DNA of 64,000 bases from Verrucomicrobiota bacterium (lineage in GTDB: Bacteria; Verrucomicrobiota; Verrucomicrobiia; Limisphaerales; UBA8199), in contig JBEKRX010000010.1 in the NCBI GenBank assembly GCA_049518415.1, positions 14,964 to 78,963 of the forward strand. The letters run 5' to 3'. Below, in pieces: positions 1 to 9,391 of this stretch. Position 1 is the stretch's first letter. Every line of letters starts with the position of its first letter. The notes below the pieces were generated by a model that was not told the DNA's origin, searched no databases, and saw only the letters and a program-made list of their open reading frames with translations. A program made the position numbers and the translations under genes.

Positions 1-101
1 CCAAGGAAGCTTTGCACGGCATCTGGAAGCAACTTCGGACTCGCTATCCCGACGAATTCTCGTTGCGCCCTTGAACCGCGCGCAGGCGCCACCGCCCAAG
101 G

Positions 102-1559
102 TTGGAGAAACCAGTCCTAACCAGCACTGTTTTCCTTGCTGCGCCGCTCCAGGATGCCAATGCTCTGTCCGTGAATCTCGCCAACGTGTGCCGCCTGTTG
201 CGAACGATTGTTTCCACAATCGCGAAGTGGCTGTCCCTTGCCGGAACCCTCCGCCTGCTCGTGGCGGCACAAGCTGTCGGAGCCGATTCGTCCGCCAACT
301 GGCCGCAGTTCCGCGGGCCGGCTGGGCTGGGTGTCTCTGACCATCCGAACCTGCCCGAGCGCTGGAGCACCAACGAGAATGTCGCCTGGAAGGTCGAAGT
401 GCCCGGCCGCGGCTGGTCCTCGCCGATCGTCTGGGGGCAGCGCGTGCTGGTCACCACCGTGGTCAGCGCGGGCGAGGTGGAGCCGGCGAAAAAGGGCCTC
501 TACCTCGGCGGCGAGAGGAAAGAGGTTCCCAAGGCTGAGCATCGCTGGCTCGTCCTGTGTTTCGATCTCCAGTCCGGCCGTGAATTGTGGCGTCAGGAGG
601 CGCATCGCGGCACGCCCTCCAACCAACTGCACCTGAAGAACACCTACGCCTCCGAAACGCCGGTGACCGATGGCGGGCGCGTCTATGCCTACTTCGGCAA
701 CGTCGGCTTGTTCTGCTACGACCTGGAGGGCCGGAAACTCTGGTCCACCAACTGGCCGCCCGTCAAGACCCGCAACGGTTGGGGCTCCGCCGCCTCGCCC
801 CTCCTCCACGAGGGCCGCCTGTTCATCGTGAATGACAACGACGAGAAATCCTTCGCCGTGGCCCTGGACCCAAAGACCGGCCGCCAGCTCTGGCGCGTCG
901 AACGCGACGAAAAAAGCAACTGGGCCACCCCCTGCATTTGGCGCAACGCCCAGCGCACCGAGTTGATCACCTCTGGCACCAAGCGAGTCCGCTCCTACGA
1001 CCTCGAGGGCAAGCTGCTCTGGGAATGCGGCGGCATGTCTTCCATTGACATCCCCACGCCGCTCTCGAACGCCGGACTGCTCTACGTCTGCTCCGGCTTC
1101 GTCGGTGACAAGGTGCGGCCCGTCTTTGCGTTCAGGCCCGGCGCCTCCGGCGACACCACCTTGAAGCCTGGCGAGACCAACAACCAATTCATCGCCTGGT
1201 ATCAGCCCGCCGCCGGGCCTTACAATCCCTCGCCCTTGCTCTACGGCGACTACTTCTATGTGCTGTTCGACTTCGGCTTCCTGAGCTGCCACGACGCCCG
1301 CACCGGCCGGCAGGTTTACGAGAAGCAGCGCATCCGTCCGGGCACTACCTCCTTCACCGCCTCGCCGTGGGCGGCCAATGGAAAAATCTTCGCCCTGAGC
1401 GAAGACGGCGAAACCTTCGTCTTCCAGGCCGGCCCCGAGTACAAGCTGCTGCGCGAAAATTCCCTCGACGAGATGTGCCTGGCCACCCCGGCGATGGCCG
1501 GCGACCACCTGCTCATCCGCACGCTCACGAAGCTGTATTGCCTTCGGGAAACGAAGTGA
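102..1559 (+). CDS. Secreted PQQ-like/BamB-type beta-propeller repeat protein
   Basis: 485-aa ORF with a hydrophobic N-terminal stretch. It has recurring blade motifs (CFDLQSGRELWRQ, ALDPKTGRQLWRV, SYDLEGKLLWECG, CHDARTGRQVYEK). The track start is TTG, so the true start is uncertain. Confidence 0.7.
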   Translation: MEKPVLTSTVFLAAPLQDANALSVNLANVCRLLRTIVSTIAKWLSLAGTLRLLVAAQAVGADSSANWPQFRGPAGLGVSDHPNLPERWSTNENVAWKVEVPGRGWSSPIVWGQRVLVTTVVSAGEVEPAKKGLYLGGERKEVPKAEHRWLVLCFDLQSGRELWRQEAHRGTPSNQLHLKNTYASETPVTDGGRVYAYFGNVGLFCYDLEGRKLWSTNWPPVKTRNGWGSAASPLLHEGRLFIVNDNDEKSFAVALDPKTGRQLWRVERDEKSNWATPCIWRNAQRTELITSGTKRVRSYDLEGKLLWECGGMSSIDIPTPLSNAGLLYVCSGFVGDKVRPVFAFRPGASGDTTLKPGETNNQFIAWYQPAAGPYNPSPLLYGDYFYVLFDFGFLSCHDARTGRQVYEKQRIRPGTTSFTASPWAANGKIFALSEDGETFVFQAGPEYKLLRENSLDEMCLATPAMAGDHLLIRTLTKLYCLRETK

Positions 1560-1711
1560 AGTCATCCAAGCCGAGATGAGCGCGAAAGGGCTCAAATCAG
1601 GTGAGGAAAGGCGTCAAACCATAACTTTTCCCATTGACATTGGCCGGGAAGGTGGGCAGGCTGTCGCTTGTGCCGCGCCAACTGAGAATTGAGTATCCCG
1701 TTCGGAAGGAT

Positions 1712-2428
1712 TCAATTGAAGATCAGTTGCAACCCGGTCACTTTCCACTCCTCCCCAAATTTCTTCAGCACGAATTTCCGGGTCTTGCCGTCGCCTTCGA
1801 AGTAGATGTCGATGACGGCCTCATTTGCGGAGATGCCCTTTTTGCCGAGGACGGAGACACCCTCGGCGGCGGGGCCGTACAGGGGGGCGTAGAGCCTGCA
1901 GTCGGCCGCAATCTCCGTTTCGGATGCTTGTTGCCACTCCTTTTCCAGGGCCGCCCGTTCCTCCGGGGCGAAGCTGGCTAGAAAGGCGGCGCGATCGCCG
2001 TTGATCCACGCCCAGAGCGTGCTTTTCAGGGCTGATTCCGGGTCGGCGAACCCCGTGAAGGCGAGGGACTCGCCCTCCAAATGAATTCCGTTCGTTCCGG
2101 ACCGTGCCAGCGCCGCCAGCAACCGCTGATTGCCCGCCCGCAGTTCGTCGGCTTCCATCGCCGTCCGGTGGAGTTGCCCGGCCTGACTGCGCAACCGCAT
2201 CAACTCACGGATTTGCTCATTGGAGAGGAAGAGGCGGTTTTTTCCCTGAGCCAGGAGGTTGGACAGGGCTTCGTTCTCCGCGGACCATAGCGCCAACAGG
2301 TCTGCTTGCTGCCGGCAGGCCTCGGTTTTTTTCCGCAACTCCATCCGGGCGGAATGGTCGATGCTCCAGGAAACCACGCCGCCGGCCGCAAGTACCGCGC
2401 TGATGATGCCGAGTTGAAGCCTTGTCAT
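1712..2428 (-). CDS. Membrane-anchored coiled-coil protein of unknown function, co-oriented downstream of the ECF sigma gene
   Basis: 238-aa ORF with an N-terminal TM helix (LQLGIISAVLAAGGVVSW) followed by a heptad-like region. It starts 18 nt after the stop of the sigma gene on the same strand. Confidence 0.6.
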   Translation of the reverse strand: MTRLQLGIISAVLAAGGVVSWSIDHSARMELRKKTEACRQQADLLALWSAENEALSNLLAQGKNRLFLSNEQIRELMRLRSQAGQLHRTAMEADELRAGNQRLLAALARSGTNGIHLEGESLAFTGFADPESALKSTLWAWINGDRAAFLASFAPEERAALEKEWQQASETEIAADCRLYAPLYGPAAEGVSVLGKKGISANEAVIDIYFEGDGKTRKFVLKKFGEEWKVTGLQLIFN

Positions 2429-2446
2429 GCGTCCCGCGGTTCTCCA

Positions 2447-3877
2447 TCACGGACGGTTCGATTGGGGCGGAACCGTATGCTGCGTTTCCCAGGCCGCAAA
2501 ATCGCTGCCCGTCTGCGTGTGAACGCCGCAATGGCCGTCGGCATACACATAGACCTTCGCCCAACGGTTGCCGTAGGGGATGGGCTGCTTCTGCCGGATC
2601 ACAATCACGTCCGCCGGGCTATTCGTAAGCTGGCCGAGCGCCTGAAAAGTTCCCTGGTAAACAATCTCATACCCGTCACCGGACGGATCGGCTTGGCTCC
2701 TCAGGTTGTCCGGGAGACCGCCGGCCACTTGCGCGAAAGTCGAGGGGAACAGTCCCTGGTTGGTTCGGGCTTGCATCATACAAGCTAGCACCGCGCGCTT
2801 GCCGTAATTCATTATCACCTCGGCTTGCTGCTGCTGTTCGGGTGTCGGCTCGACACTGGGTTGGTCCGCCGCTGCTTGCAGCCGGCGATTGTCTTTTCGC
2901 AGCTTTGCCAGGTCATTCGTTTGCCGCGGCCCCGCGCCCACCTGCGCGCGCAGCCGCCGCAAATCATCCGCCTGGGCCTGCGAAGTTTCGGCCTGGGCGG
3001 CCAGGCCCGCCAGGCGGTCGTTGTCCGCCTTGGCCTTGGCCAGTTGTGCGCTTTGTTGCTGCACAGATTCATCGAGCGCGCGGAGCCTGGCCCGCGACTG
3101 ATGCTGGATAACCAGGGGCGTTACCACGGAAGCCGCTACGACGACGCCGGCGAGGGCGGCAGTTTTCAGTTTTGTCCATGCCATAAGTTTCAAGGTTTCT
3201 TGGATAAGGGTTAGGGTGGAAGCCGTTGCCACGGTTCCTTTGAGGGCGCCCGCGGTGACCGCGGCCGCCAGTTGGAGGGGCGCGGCGTGGACCGCATGGG
3301 CGGAGACCGCTCCGGCGATCACCGTTGCCGGCAGCGCCACGCCGCGGGCCATGAAGAATCTTCGCAACTTTTCGAGCGCGCGATGGACCCGTTTCTTGGC
3401 TGCTTCTTCGTTCGTGCCCAAAGCCGAACCGACTTCACTCAGACTCCTGCCCTCGAAAAACCGGAGCACCACCGCGTCACGGTCGGCCTGGCCCAGCCGC
3501 AGCATCGCTTCGTCCAACATCGGCGACAATTGTTCCCAGCTCTTATCCGCCGGGGCATCAAGCAGTGTGGATTGCATATAGGCTTCCTGTTGGCGGCGCA
3601 GGCGCCGGCGCTGGATTTTTAACGCGTCGGCGGCGGCGTATTGGGCCGTGCGGTAAAGCCAACCGGACAAAACGGTTTTCGGGCCCAGCGAATCTGCTTT
3701 CCGGGCGAGGATGATAAAAACCGCCTGGGTGATTTCTTCCGCCAAGTGCGCGTCGCCAACGCGGCGCAACGCGGCCGAATAGACCAGGTTGACATGGCGC
3801 GAGACCAGGGCCGCGAAGGCTGGCTCGGAGCGGCCCGCCACATACTCCCGCACCAAATCCATGTCCTCGCTCATCAT
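2447..3877 (-). CDS. ECF-type sigma-70 family factor with a long C-terminal extension (TM helix, coiled coil, globular domain)
   Basis: Region-2-like motif [32 protein letters not shown] and region-4 [35 protein letters not shown]. These are followed by a hydrophobic helix ([19 protein letters not shown]) and a Q/A/L-rich coiled coil. Confidence 0.85.
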   Translation of the reverse strand: MMSEDMDLVREYVAGRSEPAFAALVSRHVNLVYSAALRRVGDAHLAEEITQAVFIILARKADSLGPKTVLSGWLYRTAQYAAADALKIQRRRLRRQQEAYMQSTLLDAPADKSWEQLSPMLDEAMLRLGQADRDAVVLRFFEGRSLSEVGSALGTNEEAAKKRVHRALEKLRRFFMARGVALPATVIAGAVSAHAVHAAPLQLAAAVTAGALKGTVATASTLTLIQETLKLMAWTKLKTAALAGVVVAASVVTPLVIQHQSRARLRALDESVQQQSAQLAKAKADNDRLAGLAAQAETSQAQADDLRRLRAQVGAGPRQTNDLAKLRKDNRRLQAAADQPSVEPTPEQQQQAEVIMNYGKRAVLACMMQARTNQGLFPSTFAQVAGGLPDNLRSQADPSGDGYEIVYQGTFQALGQLTNSPADVIVIRQKQPIPYGNRWAKVYVYADGHCGVHTQTGSDFAAWETQHTVPPQSNRP

Positions 3878-4176
3878 CTATCTATTCATGGACGCAGAAA
3901 CTGAAAAAGGGGACAACTTTTTTTGGCTGGCTGCACTGCAAGTTGTCCGACAGGAAGGTCATCTCCCGCCATTGGCCGTCCTGCTCCACCATGGCGACGA
4001 CGCGGCGCAGCCAAGCCGGCTAGAGCCGGCGCGAGGCCGAAGACTTCATCTGCGCGAGGTCGTCCCGCAGGATATTAGCGACGCGCCCCCGCCGAGGGCC
4101 GAAAGCCCAAGCCATGGCTCGACTTTCCGCAGCAAAGCCGCTTCCTGCTTGCGGCCTCGGGAGCAAAAACACCGCC

Positions 4177-4378
4177 AAATTTCCCAATACAGCCAATCCA
4201 GCCAATCCAGCCAATGGAGCATTTGGCATTCCGCCCAAAACGCGCTATAACCATCACCCGGTGAATGCCAAACTGAGAGCGCCGCTTCGCTTCGCGCTCG
4301 GCCAGGAAGCGGTTCCTGCCCGGTTCAATGCGCTCTGCACAGCCGCTTTTGCACTTATTTGCAGTTATTTCCACTTAA
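4177..4378. repeat. Copy 1 of a roughly 200-bp dispersed repeat (copy 2 is at 46691-46893)
   Basis: It aligns without gaps, by eye, to 46691-46893. Shared blocks are ttcccaatacagccaat, gccaatggagc, tcacccggtgaatgccaaactga, ggccaggaa-cggttcctgccc and cttatttcc tandem units. It has internal 9-mer tandems (ccagccaat x3) and a caggaa/ttcctg palindrome. Confidence 0.7.
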
Positions 4379-4598
4379 CGGCCCGCTGCCTCAATGACTC
4401 TAAGCGGTAAGCGAAGTGCAGGTCTTCCGGAGGCCTGGGTGGCGCGCCGGCGGGCATTCTCAGATCCCTGGCCGTGCCGCGCGGCCTCCCTTTTTAGGAT
4501 GACGGGCGGCGAACTTTTGGTCTTGCGGGCGCCGTGGGGGCAGTTGCAAATTATGGACCACCAGAGCTGCAAACCCTGAGCGGCCACGACCCACAACC

Positions 4599-5843
4599 AT
4601 GACCTCGCGCGAACGTATCCTCGCCGCCATCGAGCATCGCCAGCCGGACCGCGTGCCGGTGGACCTTGGCGCCACACCCAGCTCCGGCATCTCCGCCATT
4701 GCCTACGGACGGCTCAAGCGGCGCCTGGGCCTGGCCCAGGGGCACACCCGCGTTTATGACGTGGTCCAACAACTGGCGCAGCCCGAGGACTTTGTCCTGG
4801 ACCGCTTCGGCATTGACGTGCTGGACATCGGCCGCGCCTTCAACACCCAAGACCGGGCGTGGCACGACATCACCCTGGCCGACGGCCAGCCCGCGCAGTA
4901 TCCGGCCTGGTTCCAGCCCCAGCCGCAGCCCGACGGCTCGTTCATCGCCCGCCTGGCCGACGGGACGGAGGTAGCGCGCATGCCGGCGGGCGGCGCGTTT
5001 TTCGACCAAAGCCTCTTTCCCTACCTGGAGGGCTACCCGGAAGATTTCAGCCGGCTGGACGAGGCCATGGGCAAAGTCCTTTGGGCGGCCCTGGTTCACA
5101 GCCCCTGGGACCAAGCGGGCGAGCCGGGCTTTTGGGACACGCTGCGCCGGCGGGCGCTGGCGTTGCGCGTGGCCGGCGACCGCGCTCTGGTGATCGTGGT
5201 CGGCTGCAACCTCTTCGAATGGGGCACGTTCCTGCGCCGGCTGGATGGATTCCTGATGGACCTGGCGGCCGCGCCGGCGAAAGTGGAGGCCTTGCTGGAC
5301 GCCCTGCTGGAGCGGCACCTGGCCGCCTTGGCCAAGGTCTGCCGCGCGGTCGGCGACGTGGCCGACGTCTGCCGCTTCGGCGACGATCTCGGAACCAACC
5401 ACGGGAGTTTCATTTCCCCGGCGATGTACCGGCGGCATTTCAAACCCCGCCATGCCCGCCTTTGCGCTTATGTGCATCAGCAAACACGGATGAAGACCTT
5501 CCTGCACTCGTGCGGCTCGATTCGCGCGCTGCTGCCGGACCTCATCGAGGCGGGCTTTGACATCATCAACCCGGTGCAGACCGACTGCCGCGGCATGGAG
5601 CCGGAACGGCTCAAGGGCGACTTCGGCCAGGACATCTGCTTCTGGGGCGGGGGCTGCGACACGCGCCAGGTGCTGCCGCGGGCCACGCCTGCCGAGGTGA
5701 AAGAGCACGTGCGGCGCCGGCTCGAGGTCTTCGCCCCCGGCGGCGGTTTTGTTTTCAACACCGTCCATAACATCCTGCCGGAAGTGCCGCCCGAAAATAT
5801 TGTGGCCATGTTCGAGGGCATCCGGGAATTCAACGGCCGCTGA
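4599..5843 (+). CDS. Uroporphyrinogen decarboxylase (URO-D) family protein, MtaA/CmuA-like methyltransferase/decarboxylase fold
   Basis: 414-aa ORF. The N-terminus SRERILAAIEHRQPDRVPVDLG and the C-terminal HSCGSIRALLPDLIEAGFDIINPVQ ... ENIVAMFE are typical of URO-D family members. Confidence 0.75.
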   Translation: MTSRERILAAIEHRQPDRVPVDLGATPSSGISAIAYGRLKRRLGLAQGHTRVYDVVQQLAQPEDFVLDRFGIDVLDIGRAFNTQDRAWHDITLADGQPAQYPAWFQPQPQPDGSFIARLADGTEVARMPAGGAFFDQSLFPYLEGYPEDFSRLDEAMGKVLWAALVHSPWDQAGEPGFWDTLRRRALALRVAGDRALVIVVGCNLFEWGTFLRRLDGFLMDLAAAPAKVEALLDALLERHLAALAKVCRAVGDVADVCRFGDDLGTNHGSFISPAMYRRHFKPRHARLCAYVHQQTRMKTFLHSCGSIRALLPDLIEAGFDIINPVQTDCRGMEPERLKGDFGQDICFWGGGCDTRQVLPRATPAEVKEHVRRRLEVFAPGGGFVFNTVHNILPEVPPENIVAMFEGIREFNGR

Positions 5844-5889
5844 CGGTCAAGGAAACAAAGCCGGATGGTCGAAGGTGTTTCCCGACGGT

Positions 5890-7338
5890 TCAGGGCCGGG
5901 CCACGTCGAGGCAGACCATGCGGGTGAGGTCACGGGCCAGGAGGCGCCCGCCGGCCAGGGCCAGGGGGCCCCAAGACTCGCGCCCCTTGGGTAGTACTTG
6001 GGCTTGCCCGAGCAGGGTGTATTTCTCAGGCGTGGCTTCAATGAGGCGCAGGAGGCCGGAGTCGTTCAGCGCGAAGATGAGGCCCTCGGCCAGGAGGAAA
6101 GAACCGAGGCCGAACTGCTGGCTGGAGTCGCTGGCCCAGACAGGCTTGCCCTCCAGGGTCAGGCAAACGAATCGGCCATCGGGCCGGACGCCGTAGATAT
6201 GGTGGTCATAGAGGATGGGGGTCTGCTGGGTGGCCCCGAAGACTTCCGGTTCGAGCTTGAAGACGGTCTGAGCGAGGAATCGGTCGTCTGCCTTTTTGAG
6301 TTGCAGCATCAAACTGCCGGCGTTATAGCCGCCGGCGAAAAAAATGCGCCCGCCGTCGAGTATGAGGGGGGAAGGCACGGTGGCGAGGCTGATCTTCCAG
6401 TCAGTGGTTTCCCAGAGGATCGCCCCGTTGTCGGCGGAGACGCCGACGACGCCGTTGTTGGCGCAATAGACGTAGAGGCGCTGGCCGCCAAACTCCATGG
6501 GGATGACTGAGGAATGGGTCATCTTCCAGGCGTGGGGGTTGGGGGTTTGCCAAAGCACCTGGCCGGTCTGGCCGTTGACCGCCAGCAGCAGGGCGTCCTT
6601 GCCGCCTGGGGCCAGGATGACGGCGCCCTGATCGATGAGCGGACATTGACCGGCATACCAGGGGGGAACAGTGGCGCCGTATTGGTGGACCAGGTCCAGT
6701 CCCCAGCGCAACTCGCCCGTGAGAGAGTCGAGACAGACCACGTGGCATTTCGGGCCCAGGGCAACCACGAATTGGTCGCTCACGGCGGGGACGGTGCGGG
6801 ACATGCCGTGATTGCGTTTCACGCGGACCGGGTAGGCATAGCGCCAAAGCTCGCGGCCATCGGCCAGGGATAGACAGCGCAGGGCGTCCTGTTTCTTGTC
6901 GCTGTCGTAGTCCATGACATAGACGCGGCCGTGGAGGACGGCGGCGCCGGCATAGCCTTCGCCCAGCTCAATGGACCAGAGTTCGCGGGGACCGGCGGGG
7001 GGCCAGGCCCTCAGCAGGGGCACGGTTTCCCGGCTGAGGCCGTCGCGGTTGGTTCCGCGGAATTGCGGCCAGGCGCCCGGCAAACTGGCAAGCCCGCTGT
7101 CGGGACGGGGCTGATCGTCGGGATGCATCGGAGCGTCGGCACGGATCAATTTGCCGGCGAGGACCGGGTTGGCCAGGGTGCCGGCCTCGCCGGGGCGCTG
7201 GTCGGTTCCCGGCTTGCGCAACGCCAGGGGCCGGCCCGGACCGTGGAAGAACCAGAAGGCGAGCGCGGCCAGGGCCACAAGCCCGACCGCGCCCGGGAGG
7301 AGCAGGGCGGTTTTGGCAGCCAGAGGTCTCTTTGTCAC
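5890..7338 (-). CDS. Membrane-anchored/secreted PQQ-like beta-propeller repeat protein (paralogue type of 102-1559)
   Basis: 482-aa ORF with an N-terminal TM/signal (ALLLPGAVGLVALAALAFWFF). Blade motifs are CLSLADGRELWRY, CLDSLTGELRWGL, AVNGQTGQVLWQT and SADNGAILWET. Confidence 0.7.
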   Translation of the reverse strand: MTKRPLAAKTALLLPGAVGLVALAALAFWFFHGPGRPLALRKPGTDQRPGEAGTLANPVLAGKLIRADAPMHPDDQPRPDSGLASLPGAWPQFRGTNRDGLSRETVPLLRAWPPAGPRELWSIELGEGYAGAAVLHGRVYVMDYDSDKKQDALRCLSLADGRELWRYAYPVRVKRNHGMSRTVPAVSDQFVVALGPKCHVVCLDSLTGELRWGLDLVHQYGATVPPWYAGQCPLIDQGAVILAPGGKDALLLAVNGQTGQVLWQTPNPHAWKMTHSSVIPMEFGGQRLYVYCANNGVVGVSADNGAILWETTDWKISLATVPSPLILDGGRIFFAGGYNAGSLMLQLKKADDRFLAQTVFKLEPEVFGATQQTPILYDHHIYGVRPDGRFVCLTLEGKPVWASDSSQQFGLGSFLLAEGLIFALNDSGLLRLIEATPEKYTLLGQAQVLPKGRESWGPLALAGGRLLARDLTRMVCLDVARP

Positions 7339-7489
7339 TGCGGCCCCATTGTACCGTGAATTGGGCTGCGGGTCGAGTCGATCCCGGCGGCGTGCGGGCG
7401 GGCGGTCAAGTACGATTAGATTGTTGCTGGGAAATCTTGAGATTTGGGTAGTGCTCTGCCAGATTGTGGAAAGCGGGCGGGGGCCGGGC

Positions 7490-7990
7490 CTACTGCGATT
7501 TGAGCGCCCGGAGCAAGTCCTTGGGGTGGTAAACTCTTACCGGCGGCAAATCAATGTCCGCCAGTGCCCGAATAAGCTTAACGTTGTCCACTGCCAACAA
7601 ATGCTTATCCGACGTAACAAGCCCCGGGACGCAAGCCAAGGCGGTTTCAACGATTATCAGGCCGTCATTGAATTCGCCTTCGGGCAAAAGTCCGCTGGAA
7701 ATCAATTTTCGGGCGTCCGCATCCGTAATCCCATGCCCAACCGATTTCAGGTCGTACGGATAAATGTCCCACTGGCGCATGTTGGCCAAGGCTTCAAATG
7801 CGAACTTGGTTGCTGGGTGGGAAAGCTCAAGCGCAAGGTGCGTAAGCTCCTGAACGACGGTTGGCGGAACCACCAGCCCTTGGGGCCGATATGCCGAAAG
7901 GAAGGCGAACGCGAAGGGTTTCCGTTCTCCTAAATCGATCAGAACATTACTGTCGAGAGCGAACCTTCTCTTTTGAGGCAGTGCCGCCAT
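7490..7990 (-). CDS. PIN-domain nuclease (VapC-like toxin candidate)
   Basis: 166-aa ORF. The N-terminal FALDSNVLIDL carries the first acidic PIN residue. The later VVQELTH, NDGLIIVETA and VTSDKHL fit the PIN acidic-residue pattern. Confidence 0.65.
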   Translation of the reverse strand: MAALPQKRRFALDSNVLIDLGERKPFAFAFLSAYRPQGLVVPPTVVQELTHLALELSHPATKFAFEALANMRQWDIYPYDLKSVGHGITDADARKLISSGLLPEGEFNDGLIIVETALACVPGLVTSDKHLLAVDNVKLIRALADIDLPPVRVYHPKDLLRALKSQ

Positions 7991-8192
7991 AAATTATTTG
8001 CATTCCCCGCTCAAACAGGCTGCTGCGTTTGCTGTCCCCCCACCGATTTGCCGCCTTTCGGACGGAGGCCGCGGCTTCGCTGCCGGTGGTTTTATCAGGA
8101 TAGCTCGATCCGCCGGTTGCATTGGGGGTTAGCTTTGTTTGGTCGCTCATAGACTGACCCAATTTATTCGATTTATTGCTCATTGGCAACAC
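7947..8192 (-). CDS. Small upstream ORF, possible cognate antitoxin of the PIN gene
   Basis: 81-aa ORF directly upstream on the same strand; it overlaps the PIN ORF by 44 nt. No recognisable DNA-binding motif was seen. Confidence 0.3.
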   Translation of the reverse strand: MLPMSNKSNKLGQSMSDQTKLTPNATGGSSYPDKTTGSEAAASVRKAANRWGDSKRSSLFERGMQIIYGGTASKEKVRSRQ

Positions 8193-8354
8193 CTTTTTGC
8201 TGCTATTTTGTGTTCGCCCGTCTCCGTGCCCAGCAGGTTCTTTGCCGGACTTTTATACGCGTCCCCTCGTGTTTCTTAGGGCAAATAGGCCAAGACCCTC
8301 CTTCTAAATCTGACAGCGGCGGGGGAAAATTATTCAAACTGGGCAGAAATTTCC

Positions 8355-9391
8355 CGGTCGAGTTGGACTAGATTCTTGCCGTGGTCACATGATACTCGCC
8401 AACTCCGCGATTGACCAAACGTGATCGGTTAATCCTGCGCCCACTGCTGGCGTTGTGCCAAGCGTGGAATGCCGTTTGACGAAGTTGTGAGCCGCAACGA
8501 ATAGCGCGACCGCGTGACGATGATTGGCCAGCTTCCGCGACCAGCCAAGGCAGAGGCGAGTAAAGCGGCGGTTGAGCGTCCTGACGGACAGGTTGGCCCG
8601 TTCAACGTGGCTTGTGCATATCCTGTCCCTGCGCGGATTCCCGGCCCTGGTCCTGATCGTCACGCCGACAAAAGGGGCAGGCGAGTAGCGGCGGGAGGCT
8701 TCAACTTGTGCCGGTGGGGCGTCATAATTCTTTTGCATGACGGCGTAATCCAGCCGGTCAAGCAGGTAATGGCGGATGGTGTCGGGATACGCATTCCAGC
8801 CGTCTGTCGTGATTTGAACTCGGCCAACGATCCGGCTTGCCAGGTCCGCAACAAAGGTGTCTGTGTTCTCATAATCGCGCTTTCCGGTATGGTGCGAAAC
8901 GATCAGCTTTGTGCGGGCGTCCAGGGCCAGGAACGTGTAGAAATCGCCCCGCTCTTGATCGTCCGCCGTCGTGCGGCTCTGGCGCACACCCACCTTGGAC
9001 CATAGTTCGTCAATCTGGAGCGGCCCGACCGTCAGGTCGCGCAGCCGGTGATCCAGGAAGGCGGCGCACTTTTCCCCGAAGGTTTCCAGCACGCCAAGAA
9101 CGGTATGCGGGTCGCAACGGGCCAGCCGCGCAGCCGCTCGGATTCCGACGCCCTCCGTCAACAGGTGAATGATCTGGATCGCCTGGCTGTCAGGGATTCT
9201 CAGGTCCTCCAGCGGTTGAGATTGTGAGAAAGTTCTGCCGCACCCGCAGCACCCATAACGCTGCACAATACGGTTTTTGTTCCGAAAATGGCCGAAACGC
9301 TTCGCTTCGCCCGAGCACCAGTAACAATTCAACTTGCCTTTCCGGGCAGGAAAAGCTAACGTACGGCTGCATCTTCCAAGATGTGCGACCG
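8355..9391 (-). mobile_element. IS1-family insertion sequence (ends tentative)
   Basis: Contains the transposase at 8385-9332. The candidate imperfect terminal inverted repeats are 8355-8384 (cggtcgagttggactagattcttgccgtgg) and the reverse complement of 9361-9391 (cggtcgcacatcttggaagatgcagccgtac). They share the blocks cggtcg, ttgga, agat and gccgt. No target-site duplication was recognised. Confidence 0.35.
8385..9332 (-). CDS. IS1-family DDE transposase (single fused ORF: Zn-finger + HTH + DDE)
   Basis: N-terminal CYWCSG...CCGCGRTF zinc finger. DDE-region motifs are QIDELWSKV and ITTDGWNAYP. The C-terminal VERANLSVRTLNRRFTRLCLGWSRKLANH parallels IS1 InsB [24 protein letters not shown]. Confidence 0.8.
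   Translation of the reverse strand: MNCYWCSGEAKRFGHFRNKNRIVQRYGCCGCGRTFSQSQPLEDLRIPDSQAIQIIHLLTEGVGIRAAARLARCDPHTVLGVLETFGEKCAAFLDHRLRDLTVGPLQIDELWSKVGVRQSRTTADDQERGDFYTFLALDARTKLIVSHHTGKRDYENTDTFVADLASRIVGRVQITTDGWNAYPDTIRHYLLDRLDYAVMQKNYDAPPAQVEASRRYSPAPFVGVTIRTRAGNPRRDRICTSHVERANLSVRTLNRRFTRLCLGWSRKLANHRHAVALFVAAHNFVKRHSTLGTTPAVGAGLTDHVWSIAELASIM

Noticed and set aside
117-1595. 492-aa minus-strand ORF mirroring the beta-propeller gene. Similar long antisense ORFs are 4551-5768 (-), 11424-12905 (+), 15975-17039 (-), 18108-19271 (-), 23921-24883 (-), 36184-37758 (+), 41924-43507 (-), 58536-59681 (-) and 60107-61627 (-).
   Set aside because: They lie opposite ORFs that carry clear family motifs. 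They are Ala/Gly/Arg/Pro-rich with no motifs, which is the typical stop-codon-poor antisense frame of GC-rich DNA.
4185-4215. Tandem 9-mers (ccagccaat x3; also 46700-46735) considered as a possible CRISPR or minisatellite.
   Set aside because: The units are directly adjacent with no spacers and only three copies are present. They are part of the dispersed repeat, and no cas genes are in the window.
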